Below, piece after piece: positions 37,341 to 48,190 of a DNA stretch of 64,000 nt. Source of the stretch: Octopus sinensis (taxonomy: Eukaryota); NCBI RefSeq assembly GCF_006345805.1, contig NW_021833018.1, positions 192,404-256,403 on the forward strand, given 5' to 3'. Below the pieces are notes generated by a model. That model searched no databases. It was not told where the DNA came from and worked only from the letters and a program-made list of their open reading frames with translations. Each line of letters begins with the position of its first letter. Position 1 is the first letter of the stretch. A program made the position numbers and the translations under genes.

Positions 37341-37790
37341 AAAAATTAATAAATTAAATCACTAATATTTTTCTACTAAGTGATACGTGCACCCTGTTTT
37401 GAAAAACATTGTTATAAAGAGTCTCTCTTTCCTCACTGATATACAAAAAGAGATTTTGTTTAAGCTCCATATAAAAAAATAAAAAGCATAGAAATATATT
37501 AAATAAGCTCCACGTAAATTAATGTCTTGTCTGTGAAAATTACTTTCAAGACTAATTCTGTTTCAGTTCTGATATCTTGTGTTGTGCCCCCTTGCTACTC
37601 AACAATCCAAATTACCTGAAAGGCAAGTTCACATAAGTCTTTACTAAGAGGTTTCAAAAAATTAATAGAACACACAATCGGACTGCCACTGTCTAACCAG
37701 AGTCCATAATTACGTAATCGTCTGTCTTGAACTGTACAGATACGGAGGTAGTATGTTCCTAATTTGAACTTAAGCCTGTGACCTGTTGTT

Positions 37791-38534
37791 GTTGTTGTTG
37801 TTACATAACCCCGGTCTCATATTAGGGTATGAGACCGGCGGCTAGCAGAAACAACAGCGCCTTCGCGGGTTGCTCCCAAAGGACCTCGGGGGAGTGGACA
37901 GCAAATTTCCTGCGGACAGGGAGGAGAACAGGGCAGCGGAAAAGGTGATCAGTTGAGTGATCTTCGGCACAGCAGAGGTTGCATACCGGGGAAATCGCGA
38001 CGTTCAATGAGTGAGCGTAGGAGTTTAGTGAGTGGTGGTGGCCCGAGCGGAAACGAGCAAGGTTGATCTGAGCGGAACGCTCCAGAAGCATTTCGGAGGG
38101 GTGAACTTCCGGAGGAAGTTTGTTGAGGACAGAGTTAGGCTTCAGCCTTAGAATGGACGACGTTGAAATGAAGTCGTGGATTTTTTTCATTGGCTGTGAA
38201 CATTGGTTTAGGCCATTGATTTTGGCAAGTACCCGGGAGTATAGTTTGGCAGGCGTGTTCTTCAATGCACGGCCGTTGTCATTTAGCGTGTTTAGGGCAG
38301 TGCAAGGGTGGTAGAATTTTCGCGAAGCGAATAGGAATTGTGCTCCTCTCATGTTTAGATGTTCCTCTATCGGGAGGAGGTTGTCGATGTGGGTCACCTT
38401 CTCGTGGTGGCAAATGATAGTTTCTCATGGAATTAACTGCCAAAAGACCCACAACCTCCCCCCTGTCGGATCGGATACCTTCCGTGACGTCGGTGGCAGC
38501 AGAGCAGGCGCGAAGCCGTTGCTCCCAAGGACCT
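37791..38534 (-). mobile_element. 5'-truncated I/Jockey-group LINE with (CAA)n tail and 15-bp TSD
   Basis: EHLNMRGAQFL, LARFRSGHH, C..C....H...HLFRCP zinc knuckle; TSD ctgtgacctgttgtt at 37776-37790 and 38535-38549. Confidence 0.88.
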
Positions 38535-38599
38535 CTGTGACCTGTTGTTTCATCAGAATCAGATCTTGACTGTAAAAAACAGAATTAACATAAAAATTA

Positions 38600-39175
38600 A
38601 AATTTTTTTGTCAATTCAAATTTATTTTATATTGTAAGGTATAGAAAACAAGTAACTAATTAGCAGCAGAGGATAAGATGGAATGAGAATTCCCACACAA
38701 GACGGCTATTGATATGCGTTGGAAAAGTAATGTCCGTTCTCGATGATCGTTTCTATTTCTGCTTGCCAGGTCCCCCAATTTAATAAGAAATTTTTTAATT
38801 CCGAAACCGTGGACTCCCGACGTCTCCACTGCGATTGGGGAAAAGATATAACGGTGCGATAATGCACTGTATTTGTTGACTTTTAGCGTTTCTGCCAGAT
38901 TAGCTGCGGACCCCGGCTCTGCAGCTGACGTAAAGATGTTTCCGGAGGAAGTGTCCGTACAAGTTGCGTCCCAGATGAGAGACTTTTCATTTTCAAAGGG
39001 GAAAATTGTTAGGCCATCTGGACGTTTACCATCCTTCTGAATCAGGCCGACAGGTTCCAAATGTGATGGGAATCCGGCAGTTTTGAGGAGAAATGAGCTG
39101 GCTCTTTCAGCGAATCTCGGTCGCCGTGCTCCCCGGAAACTGCCGTTCAATACACAGTGCGGCGTCGCTGAGCTG
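38600..39175 (-). mobile_element. CRE 3' fragment (minus, ~38600-39096) joined back-to-back to a second CRE 3' tip (plus, ~39096-39175)
   Basis: Minus: [39 protein letters not shown]. Plus: [18 protein letters not shown]. Confidence 0.82.
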
Positions 39176-39351
39176 ACCTTCAGGGTCCCGACTATTCTTT
39201 AAGTTACTTACTTTTTCTGTTTTTATAAATAATCTACTCATAAAAAAAATTTATCATAAAAACAGACGTCAGTAATTAAACTTTTGAGTACATGGAACAG
39301 TTATTTTGACGTCATTTTTGGATATAAAAATTATTTTTTTTAATTCAATAA

Positions 39352-40273
39352 ATGTTCGTCTTTATAATTTTATTCCACAATATTGTAACAAGTTTAATTC
39401 TAGCTTTAGCTTCTTACTTCGTCCGAGGATCGAAAAAAGTTTTTGGATGCACACAACAAATATCGATCAATCGTGAGCCCTCCTGCCTCTAATATGCTAA
39501 AAATGGTAATATGCCATAAACACAATTCAAAGAAATGGGATGAGAAGCTCGAAGCCATGGCTACAGAATCAAGTCAGAAATGTCTGTTTAAGCACGTCAA
39601 TGGAGGAGAAAATATTTATTACACAACATGTATCATTTTGTAACATTCCAAGACAAAGAAAATCCCCAAGATGCGATAAAATCATTTTATGAGGAACATC
39701 AACAGTATTCATATCAGACAAATAAATGTTCCTATATCTGTACTCATTACACTCAGGTCTTATTTATTTTAATTTAATAGATTGCATGGGCAAAAACTGA
39801 CCGAGTAGGATGCAGCACAACATTGTGTCGTAATTTAGATATCAATAAGAGGAAGGTAGAAAATGCTTATCTTACATTTTGCAATTATTTACCAATGTTA
39901 TTATTGAGTGTAAAGAGTTTTATTTAGAGGAAATCAAGGAAGAGTGCGGCCTTATATTGCAGGACTCTCGTGCAAACAATGTCCAGATTCTGCTCCATTT
40001 TGTGAAAATAAACTTTGCACCGGTTTCATAAAATACATTTTATTATTTTCTAGATGAGAAGAATAATACAAACACAGTAACAACGGAGAAAAGTTAGATT
40101 TTTAGAAAAAATCATTAGCCCACCACAGTAAAAATTCAAATGAAATAGCGACTAAAGTAACTGAGGAAAACTCCAACTCTGTGCCAAGTATAACTTTAAA
40201 TCGAAATATTGAAGGATTTAGTCTTATTAGATTTTTCATTATTCTAATAGTGGCACTTATCGTTCAGCAGTAA
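39352..40273 (+). CDS. CAP/SCP (CRISP/PI16/GLIPR-like) protein with signal peptide and C-terminal hydrophobic tail; 7 introns of 19-31 nt
   Basis: FLDAHNKYRS.V.PPASNMLKM|KWDEKLEAMA, GENI, CTHYTQ|IAWAKTDRVGC, FCNY, RPYIAGLSCKQCPDSAPFCENKLC, tail FSLIRFFIILIVALIVQQ*. Confidence 0.9.
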
Positions 40274-40399
40274 ATCTTCAATTTAACAAAATTTGATCTA
40301 TTATTAACTTTAGGATAACTGATGAAATAATTAGTTTATAACATTCATTATGACCTAATGTACTAATATTTCTCGGACATTTCTTTAACCATTGATCTA

Positions 40400-42340
40400 A
40401 TAAATCCAACTAAATCAATAAATTATTCAAAATTATTTTGTTTTTCCTCAGAGTATTCGTTTCCTGTCACCTCATCATGTCTCCTCTTCATCGAGTTAGC
40501 TTCCCTTTGGTGAGTGTTCTACACTGCATAATCTTTGTTGAGAATCAATGCTTTAGTCATTACGTCTTCGAAACCATGTTTATATTCTACGAACATTCCT
40601 TCCAACGTCTTCTTTAATGCAATTTAACGCCAGAACACTGTCTTTAATGCCAATCAAATCCATGTATGTTTTAAAATACTTGGAGGTGATCGCATCCCAG
40701 GTAATGACAATCGGAAGTATTTTGACTTTGGCTTTGAAAATGATTTCTAATTCACTTGCCAGGATATCATATTTATGAAGTTTTTCAACTTCAACTGCAT
40801 TTTAAATTATCCACACATGTCACTCCAATCTCTATTAGCCATATGTGGTTTAATTTTTGTCGTATAGAAAAATGTCCGGCTTATTATATTGAATTTTTGA
40901 TTCGGTAGGGATAGTAGTGTCAACTCGTAATTCAGCAGGATCATTGGTAATCACGCTTTGGATAGAGTGAGTCTTTAACCTTTTTGATTTTTTGAATCCA
41001 AATTTTCTGCATACGTGCATTTGTATGCATTTAACAATTTCATTATGTCGCCTTGTATACGCGGAATTAATCATTTTATTGCATCGAGTTGCCAAATGGT
41101 CGACTGTCTTATTAGAAGATTTGCAATGTGGGCATTTCGAACCAAGTTCGCGAAAGAAAATATTCCTGTCCTGCAGAAGGAAGAACATGGCTTCAGATTT
41201 AGGGGAAATATTTCCTTTTACAATTCATTTTGAAGATGTCTGTATATTGAAAGTCTCATTATCAAGTGATTCAAATAATTTTGAATGGAGAGTTTTCTTT
41301 TTAATGGCTGTTAAGAGACACTCAATCTGCAGACTCTTTAGTGTCTGTTCAATGTGCTGGGTTGATTCATATTTTATTCGCAAGAATTCTGTGATTGTGG
41401 CCATATGTGACTTTCTTTGTTGTTCAGCCCACAGAATTCCTGCACTCCTCAGAGAAGTAAGTTTTCGCCTTTCCAGACTTGTTTTGAAATCAAGCAACAT
41501 TTTCTCAGCTTTGAAAGTGATTGATATCAATCCCCTTCCAAACATATTCCTCGGTAAGTAAAGTCTTTCTTTGCAGGCTGGTTTCATATGCACATTCAAA
41601 ATCATAAGTATCTTTCTGACTAATTTATAAATTTTTTCAAATTCACAGGATTCTAAGTCAATGAGGCCAATATAGTAATTGCACAGTGATAGAGCATGTT
41701 CATTTTTTTTATTGATTGCTTTAAATAAATTGACGGAGTTTAATTTAGTTTCCGATAACTTTTCATTACGGTTTTGCATTTCTTCTTTAATATTTTTAAA
41801 CACGTCTTCTTTGAGTACATCTGTTTTCTAAAACTCCCAAATATCTGTAGCTGTCCAGAACATCCATCAATTTACCATCATTTGTTGCTGATTTATCGAA
41901 ATTCTTCTCCAGTCCAGATGATTCAAAGTAATAGTTCACCTCTTCCATCATCCACGCCAATGTCTCCTCTTCTTTGGATAATAGCTTCAAGTCGTCAATA
42001 AATAGGAAGTGATTTGTAGAAAAGGTTAAGGAATTAATGCCAACAGAATTTATTGTTTAGGATTCGAATCTGGTCTGTGATTGTTGTCGAGATTCTTTCA
42101 AATTCTCCCCTTTTGGATTTTTTGTAATTTTAAGAACATAAAATGTCAATGACTTTCTTCTTTTCTTCGTCTTTGATAGTAGACATAAAGTATTTTGATA
42201 TTAATATATCCTTTTCAGTCAAAGACTCAATTTTATTTTAGATTCTCTGCTTCCAATCCGTTTTAAATGTATCTCTCATTGTAATTTGTTGATACAAACA
42301 TTGCGCGAAATATAAAAGATTGAAATATCTTCAATACTTG
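40400..42340 (-). mobile_element. NeSL/R4-like retrotransposon, internally deleted copy of 58925-62480
   Basis: Reverse complement of 60770-62400 and 59575-59820; lacks about 0.9 kb of RT (59825-60765). Confidence 0.88.
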
Positions 42341-42372
42341 TAGGTAGATTGTTTGTTGTATATTCGGACAAT

Positions 42373-42944
42373 TTCTTGTGGTGTACGGATGGTTGGTTTA
42401 CAAAATGGAATAACCTATGGGCGCATCTACTCAAAATAATAGTTAAAATTGTAATGGAAGAATGGATTTAAATGTTCATGGTCGTCCTTATGCCTCCGGA
42501 AATTTACTCACTGGACCTCCCCAGCAGATATCAACCAGTCTGCTACCTCTGAAAGCTTTGTGTGACTTTGTCAACTCTTTGAATTCTGGTGAATGGATGA
42601 CTCAGCTCTTCGGGCTCGTCAAAGATCGGTTTAAGCGGATGCCTAGAGGAGGATGGCCTTTGACTGTGGATTACTTCAATCTGAAGTTTGGAAAGAAGAA
42701 CTCAATATCTGAACTAAAGAGGGTTATTGCTTCAATTAGAAATAATGCTTCTGTAAGAGATAACGCTAGGATTGATGCCCCCAGCAACGATAAAGGTGGC
42801 ACCAATTTAACCTTATATATTAAATGCTATGAAGAATTGTTGATTCAGATAGAAGAAAATAGTTCAATACTTTTGAAGAAAGAATGCCTACTCCGAAAGT
42901 CCCTGCTCAATATACACCCCTCGACAAAAAATTTGGTTATTTAA
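42373..42944 (+). mobile_element. 5' region of a diverged NeSL/R4-like subfamily
   Basis: DLNVHGRPYASGN...KDRFKRMPRGGWPL...KFGKK is homologous to 59030-59480; shares ttcttgtggtgtacggatggttggttt with 58926-58952. Confidence 0.75.
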
Positions 42945-43089
42945 TCTTTCCTGCTTTTTTTCATTTAAAAACGAATAAATTCATACTTTAAGATCCTTTA
43001 GATCTTCTAAAATAATATTTATTTTGTATTTATAATTAAAATAGATTTAAATTTTAATAATGCAAGAAATTTAAAGCATGTCGACAATT

Positions 43090-43305
43090 TTTTTTTTTAA
43101 ACGTATTTAACTAACAATTAACACCGAAAATAGTTAAGTTCCAGCGGCGAGGACGCAGTGTGCGTTGCCCCGAACAATGGCCAGGCCGATGCGCTGGCGG
43201 AACCAGAGGCTCTCTCTCGAGTCCTTGAGCCTTCTCCCGATGGACTGCCCGACCTCTTTGAGGAACGAGTCAGTCTCCTTTCCTGCAACTCCAGCGGTCT
43301 CCAGA
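43090..43305 (-). mobile_element. CRE 3' fragment
   Basis: IALETAGVAGKETDSFLKEVGQSIGRRLKDSRESLWFRQRIGLAIVRGNAHCVL. Confidence 0.8.
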
Positions 43306-43509
43306 GCAATGTATAGATTGTATCTTAAATGTGCGAATTCAGATCACAAGCTAGTGATTTGTCTAGAGCAGGGGTGCACAAGTGCGGCCGCGAGTCGATG
43401 AATGTGCGGCCGTGGGCACAATTAGGTCATCGAGCAACTAATCTTAATAATAAAATGGTATGGTGTGTGTCTGTCTGTCTGTGTGTGCACACCAACTTCA
43501 AATTGGCAA

Positions 43510-44000
43510 TACGATGTCCTCGACTTACATGATGAGGTCCTTAAAACCTTCCCCCCAAAAAAAATTAAAAAAAATTTTCTGCATTTTGGTTAAAATGAAC
43601 AACTACGATGTCCTCGACTTACATGATGAGGTCCTTAAAACTTTCCCCCCAAAAAAAATTAAAAAAAAATTTTCTGCATTTTAGTTAAAATGAACAACTA
43701 CGATGTCCTCGACTTACATGATGAGGTCCTTAAAATCTTCCCCCCAAAAAAATTAAAAAAAAATTTTCTGCATTTTGGTTAAAATGAACAACTACGATGT
43801 CCTCGACTTACATGATGAGGTCCTTAAAACCTTCCCCCCAAAAAAAATTAAAAAAAAATTTTCTGCATTTTGGTTAAAATGAACAACTACGATGTCCTCG
43901 ACTTACATTGTGAGGTCCTTAAAACCTTTCCGCCAAAAAATCAAAAAATTATTTTCTGCATTTGATTAAAATGAACAACGTTAATGTCCTCGACATTCAT
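43510..44000 (+). repeat. ~93-bp satellite, 6 units, G/G variant
   Basis: Units read ctacGatgtcc...gatgaGgtcc. Confidence 0.93.
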
Positions 44001-44344
44001 GATGAGGTCCATTAAAAATCTCACGTATTAAGAATATCCTTGATGAAAACGACAGCGAGAATATTAACAATAATGAACTCCCAATTATTCGCGATAAAGA
44101 AATTCAATTCATCCTATGATTTTCTCTTTAAAATTAAATGCATATATCATTCAAAATTAAAGCTATTATCATATTTGACTTTGACAGAATGTGCAATTAC
44201 AGATTGCACAACCTTGAATAGAGTGTGCAATTAACAGATTTTGAAAAACACTTTGATAGTTGAAACCACATTAGCACAATCATTAACACAATTTACCACC
44301 AATTGACAGCGCAATCAGAAGAATTTGCGTAAAAATATTAACTA

Positions 44345-46965
44345 CTAGCTCGGCAGCTCGCTTCGCTCACCGCGACCTAGCTCCTGCGGAGGGCCTGTTT
44401 CATCAAACAACTATAAGTTTATGTAGATGTATAAAACTACCTGGTTAAATGTAACCCTATTCTATCGCCTGTTGATAAACGATGTTTGTCGTCCGTCCTT
44501 CCTTGGCATATATGAATAAATTTTCTCTTCTGCCTACCCTCGAGCATCCCACATACAGCTGTCCATGTGAAAAGCACTCACTCTCTAAAAATAACCCAAC
44601 TACCTTTAATGACTGTCCCTGGGCCTTGTTTATTGTCATTGCACACTTTTTTTTTCATTTTTTGTGGTTTTTTTTTTTTATATTTAATTTTTTCATTTTT
44701 CCTTTGTTTTTCCTTTTTTTTCTTTTTTTGTTTTTTACTGGCGGAAATGGGGCAGGGGGAGATGCGGCAGGCGGAAATGCGGCAGGCAAGAAAGCGACAC
44801 ACAAAAAAGCGACACACAAAAAAGATTTAATTAATTACCTTATTAAGCTGACCGTTTTTTCTTCAGCTTCGTTTTTCCTCCTTCGGTTATCTATTTAAAA
44901 AATTATTTTTGAATAATAAAAAGTTTAGGAAAAGAGGCATACCGAAAATAAATTCTATCTTTACGAAAAACTCAAGTAAATAGTTAATATTTTTACGCAA
45001 ATTCTTCTGATTGCGCTGTCAATTGGTGGTAAATTGTGTTAATGGTTGTGCTAATGTGGTTTCAACTATCAAAGTGTTTTTCAAAATCTGTTAATTGCAC
45101 ACTCTATTCAAGGTCGTGCGTCAATTGGTGGTAAATTGTGTTAATGATTGTGCTAATGTGGTTCAAACTATCAAAGTGGTTTTTCAAAATCTGTTAATTG
45201 CACACTCTATTCAAAGTCGTGCAATCTGTGATTGCACATTCTGTCAAAGTCAAATATGATAATAGCTTTAATTTTGATTCATGGTCGATAATGATATATG
45301 CATTTATTTTAAAGAGAAAAACATAGGATGAATTGAATTTCTTTATCGCGAATAATTGGGAGTTTATCATTGTTAATATTCTCGCTGTCGTTTTCATCAA
45401 GGATATTCTTAATACGTGAGATTTTTGCCTTGAAGGTTTTAATGGACCTCATCATGAATGTCGAGGACATTCGCGTTGTTCATTTTAATCAAATGCAGAA
45501 AATAATTTTTTTTTAATTTTTTTGGGGGGGAAGGTTTTAAGGACTTCATCATGTAAGTCGAGGACATTGTAGTTGTTCATTTTAACCAAAATGCAGAAAA
45601 TTTTTTTTAATTTTTTTGGGGGGGAAGGTTTTAAGGACTTCATCATGTAAGTCGAGGACATTGTAGTTGTTCATTTTAACCAAAATGCAGAAAATAATTT
45701 TTTGATTTTTTGGGGGAAAGGTTTTAAGGACTTCATCATGTAAGTCGAGGACATTGTAGTTGTTCATTTTAACCAAAATGCAGAAAATTTTTTTTTAATT
45801 TTTTTTGGGGGGAAGGTTTTAAGGACTTCATCATGTAAGTGAGGACATTGTAGTTGTTCATTTTAACCAAAATGCAGAAAATTTTTTTTAATTTTTTTTG
45901 GGGGGAAGGTTTTAAGGACTTCATCATGTAAGTCGAGGACATTGTAGTTGTTCATTTTAACCAAAATGCAGAAAATTTTTTTTAATTTTTTTTGGGGGGA
46001 AGGTTTTAGGACTTCATCATGTAAGTTGAGGACATTGTAGTTGTTCATTTTAACCAAAATGCAGAAAATTTTTTTTTAATTTTTTTTGGGGGGGGTTTTA
46101 AGGACTTCATCATGTAAGTCGAGGACATTGTAGTTGTTCATTTTAACCAAAATGCAGAAAATTTTTTTTTATTTTTTTTGGGGGGAAGGTTTTAAGGACT
46201 TCATCATGTAAGTTGAGGACATTGTAGTTGTTCATTTTAACCAAAATGCAGAAAATTTTTTTTTAATTTTTTTGGGGGGAAGGTTTTAAGGACTTCATCA
46301 TGTAAGTCGAGGACATTGTAGTTGTTCATTTTAACCAAAATGCAGAAAATTTTTTTTTATTTTTTTTGGGGGGAAGGTTTTAAGACTTCATCATGTAAGT
46401 CGAGGACATTGTAGTTGTTCATTTTAACCAAAATGCAGAAAATTTTTTTTAATTTTTTTGGGGGGGAAGGTTTTAAGGACTTCATCATGTAAGTCGAGGA
46501 CATTGTAGTTGTTCATTTTAACCAAAATGCAGAAAATTTTTTTTTAATTTTTTTGGGGGGGAAGGTTTCAAGGACTTCATCATGTAAGTCGAGGACATTG
46601 TAGTTGTTCATTTTAACCAAAATGCAGAAAATTTTTTTTTAATTTTTTTTGGGGGAAGGTTTTAAGGACTTCATCATGTAAGTCGAGGACATTGTAGTTG
46701 TTCATTTTACCAAAATGCAGAAAATTTTTTTTAATTTGTTTGGGGGGGAAGGTTTTAAGGACTTCATCATGTAAGTCGAGGACATTGTAGTTGTTCATTT
46801 TAACAAAATGCAGAAAATTTTTTTTAATTTTTTTGGGGGGAAGGTTTTAAGGACCTCATCATGTAAGTCGAGGACATCGTATTGCCAATTTGAAGTTGGT
46901 GTGCACACACAGATAGACAGACAGACAGACAGACAGACACACACCATACCATTTTATTATTAAGA
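44345..46965 (-). mobile_element. Complete non-autonomous Helitron copy C, nested antiparallel in copy B
   Basis: Plus strand A|CTAG...AAGA|T = A/T target with no TSD; the B sequence rejoins across it as in copy A. Confidence 0.93.
45460..46885 (-). repeat. ~93-bp satellite, about 16 units, A/A variant
   Basis: Reverse complement of the array at 18280-19430. Confidence 0.95.
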
Positions 46966-48190
46966 TTTAGTTAAGTTTTTCGTAAAGATAGAGTTTATTT
47001 TCGGTATGCCTCTTTTCCTAAACTTTTTTATTATTCAAAAATAATTTTTTCAATAGATAACCGAAGGAGGGAAGACGACCTTAAGAAAAGAAGTTTTTCG
47101 TAAAGATAGAATTTATTTTCTGTATGCCTCTTTTTTCCTAATATTTTTTATTATTCAAAAATAATTTTTTAAATAGATAACCGAAGGAGGAAAAACGAAG
47201 CTGAAGAAAAAACGGTCAGCTTAAGGTAATTAAATCTTTTTTGTGTGTCGCTTTTTTGGCTGCTGCTACTCTGCCTGCCGCATCTCCGGCTGCCGCATCT
47301 CCGGCTGCCCCATTTCCGCCAGTGGTTTGTCTAATCAAGGTCACTAAGCTAAATCTCCGGACTATAAAGGCTCTTAAGCATTATCTTAACTGGCTGTTAA
47401 AAAAATTAGACAGGTTGTTGCCGTGGCGGCAGAGATTTTTTTTGTTTATACTTTTTTACAAATTTTTAAAGTTTTTTTTGTTTTTTCATTTCTTTTGTTT
47501 TTAAATTATTTATTTTTATTTGTTTTTTTTTATTTTTTTGTTATTTTCTACAAATTCAACCGGATTGAATTTTTAAACTCCTTAGATCCCTCTGGAATGC
47601 CGAATCATCTTTTAAAGTTAAAGATAGGCGTTCCAGTGGTTTTATTACGAAATCTTGCGCCACCTAAATTATGCAACGGAACGAGGTTAGTTATCAAAAA
47701 TTTGATGGCTAACGTAATAGAGGCGACGATATTAACAGGTAAGTATAGAGGTGAGGATGTTTATATTCCACGAATTCCGATAATTTCTGATGAATTACCA
47801 TTTAGATTTAAAAGGCTGCAATTTCCTTTGAGGATGAGTTTTGCAATGACAATAAACAAGGCCCAGGGACAGTCATTAAAGGTAGTTGGGTTATTTTTAG
47901 AGAGTGAGTGCTTTTCACATGGACAGCTGTATGTGGGATGCTCGAGGGTAGGCAGAAGAGAAAATTTATTCATATATGCCAAGGAAGGACGGACGATAAA
48001 CATCGTTTATCAACAGGCGATAGAATAGGGTTACATTAAACCAGGTAGTTTTATACATCTACATAAACTTATAGTTGTTTGATGAAACAGGCCCTCCGCA
48101 GGAGCTAGGTCGCGGTGAGCGAAGCGAGCTGCCGAGCTAGTCTTAAATATAATGCTCATAGTGTTAATTAATCAAGAAAAACCCTAAATA

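Larger units (their letters stand above)
43442..48140 (+). mobile_element. Non-autonomous Helitron copy B (43442-44344 plus 46966-48140), interrupted by copy C
   Basis: A|TC start, 6 satellite units, PIF1-like helicase C-terminus (47560-48028: [48 protein letters not shown]), GC-rich 3' end finishing CTAG|T. Confidence 0.92.

Noticed and set aside
40992-41561. 189-aa ORF (and its mirror at 61264-61833), plus other GC-rich shadow ORFs over CRE elements
   Set aside because: These are antisense or alternate frames of recognisable retrotransposon coding sequence.
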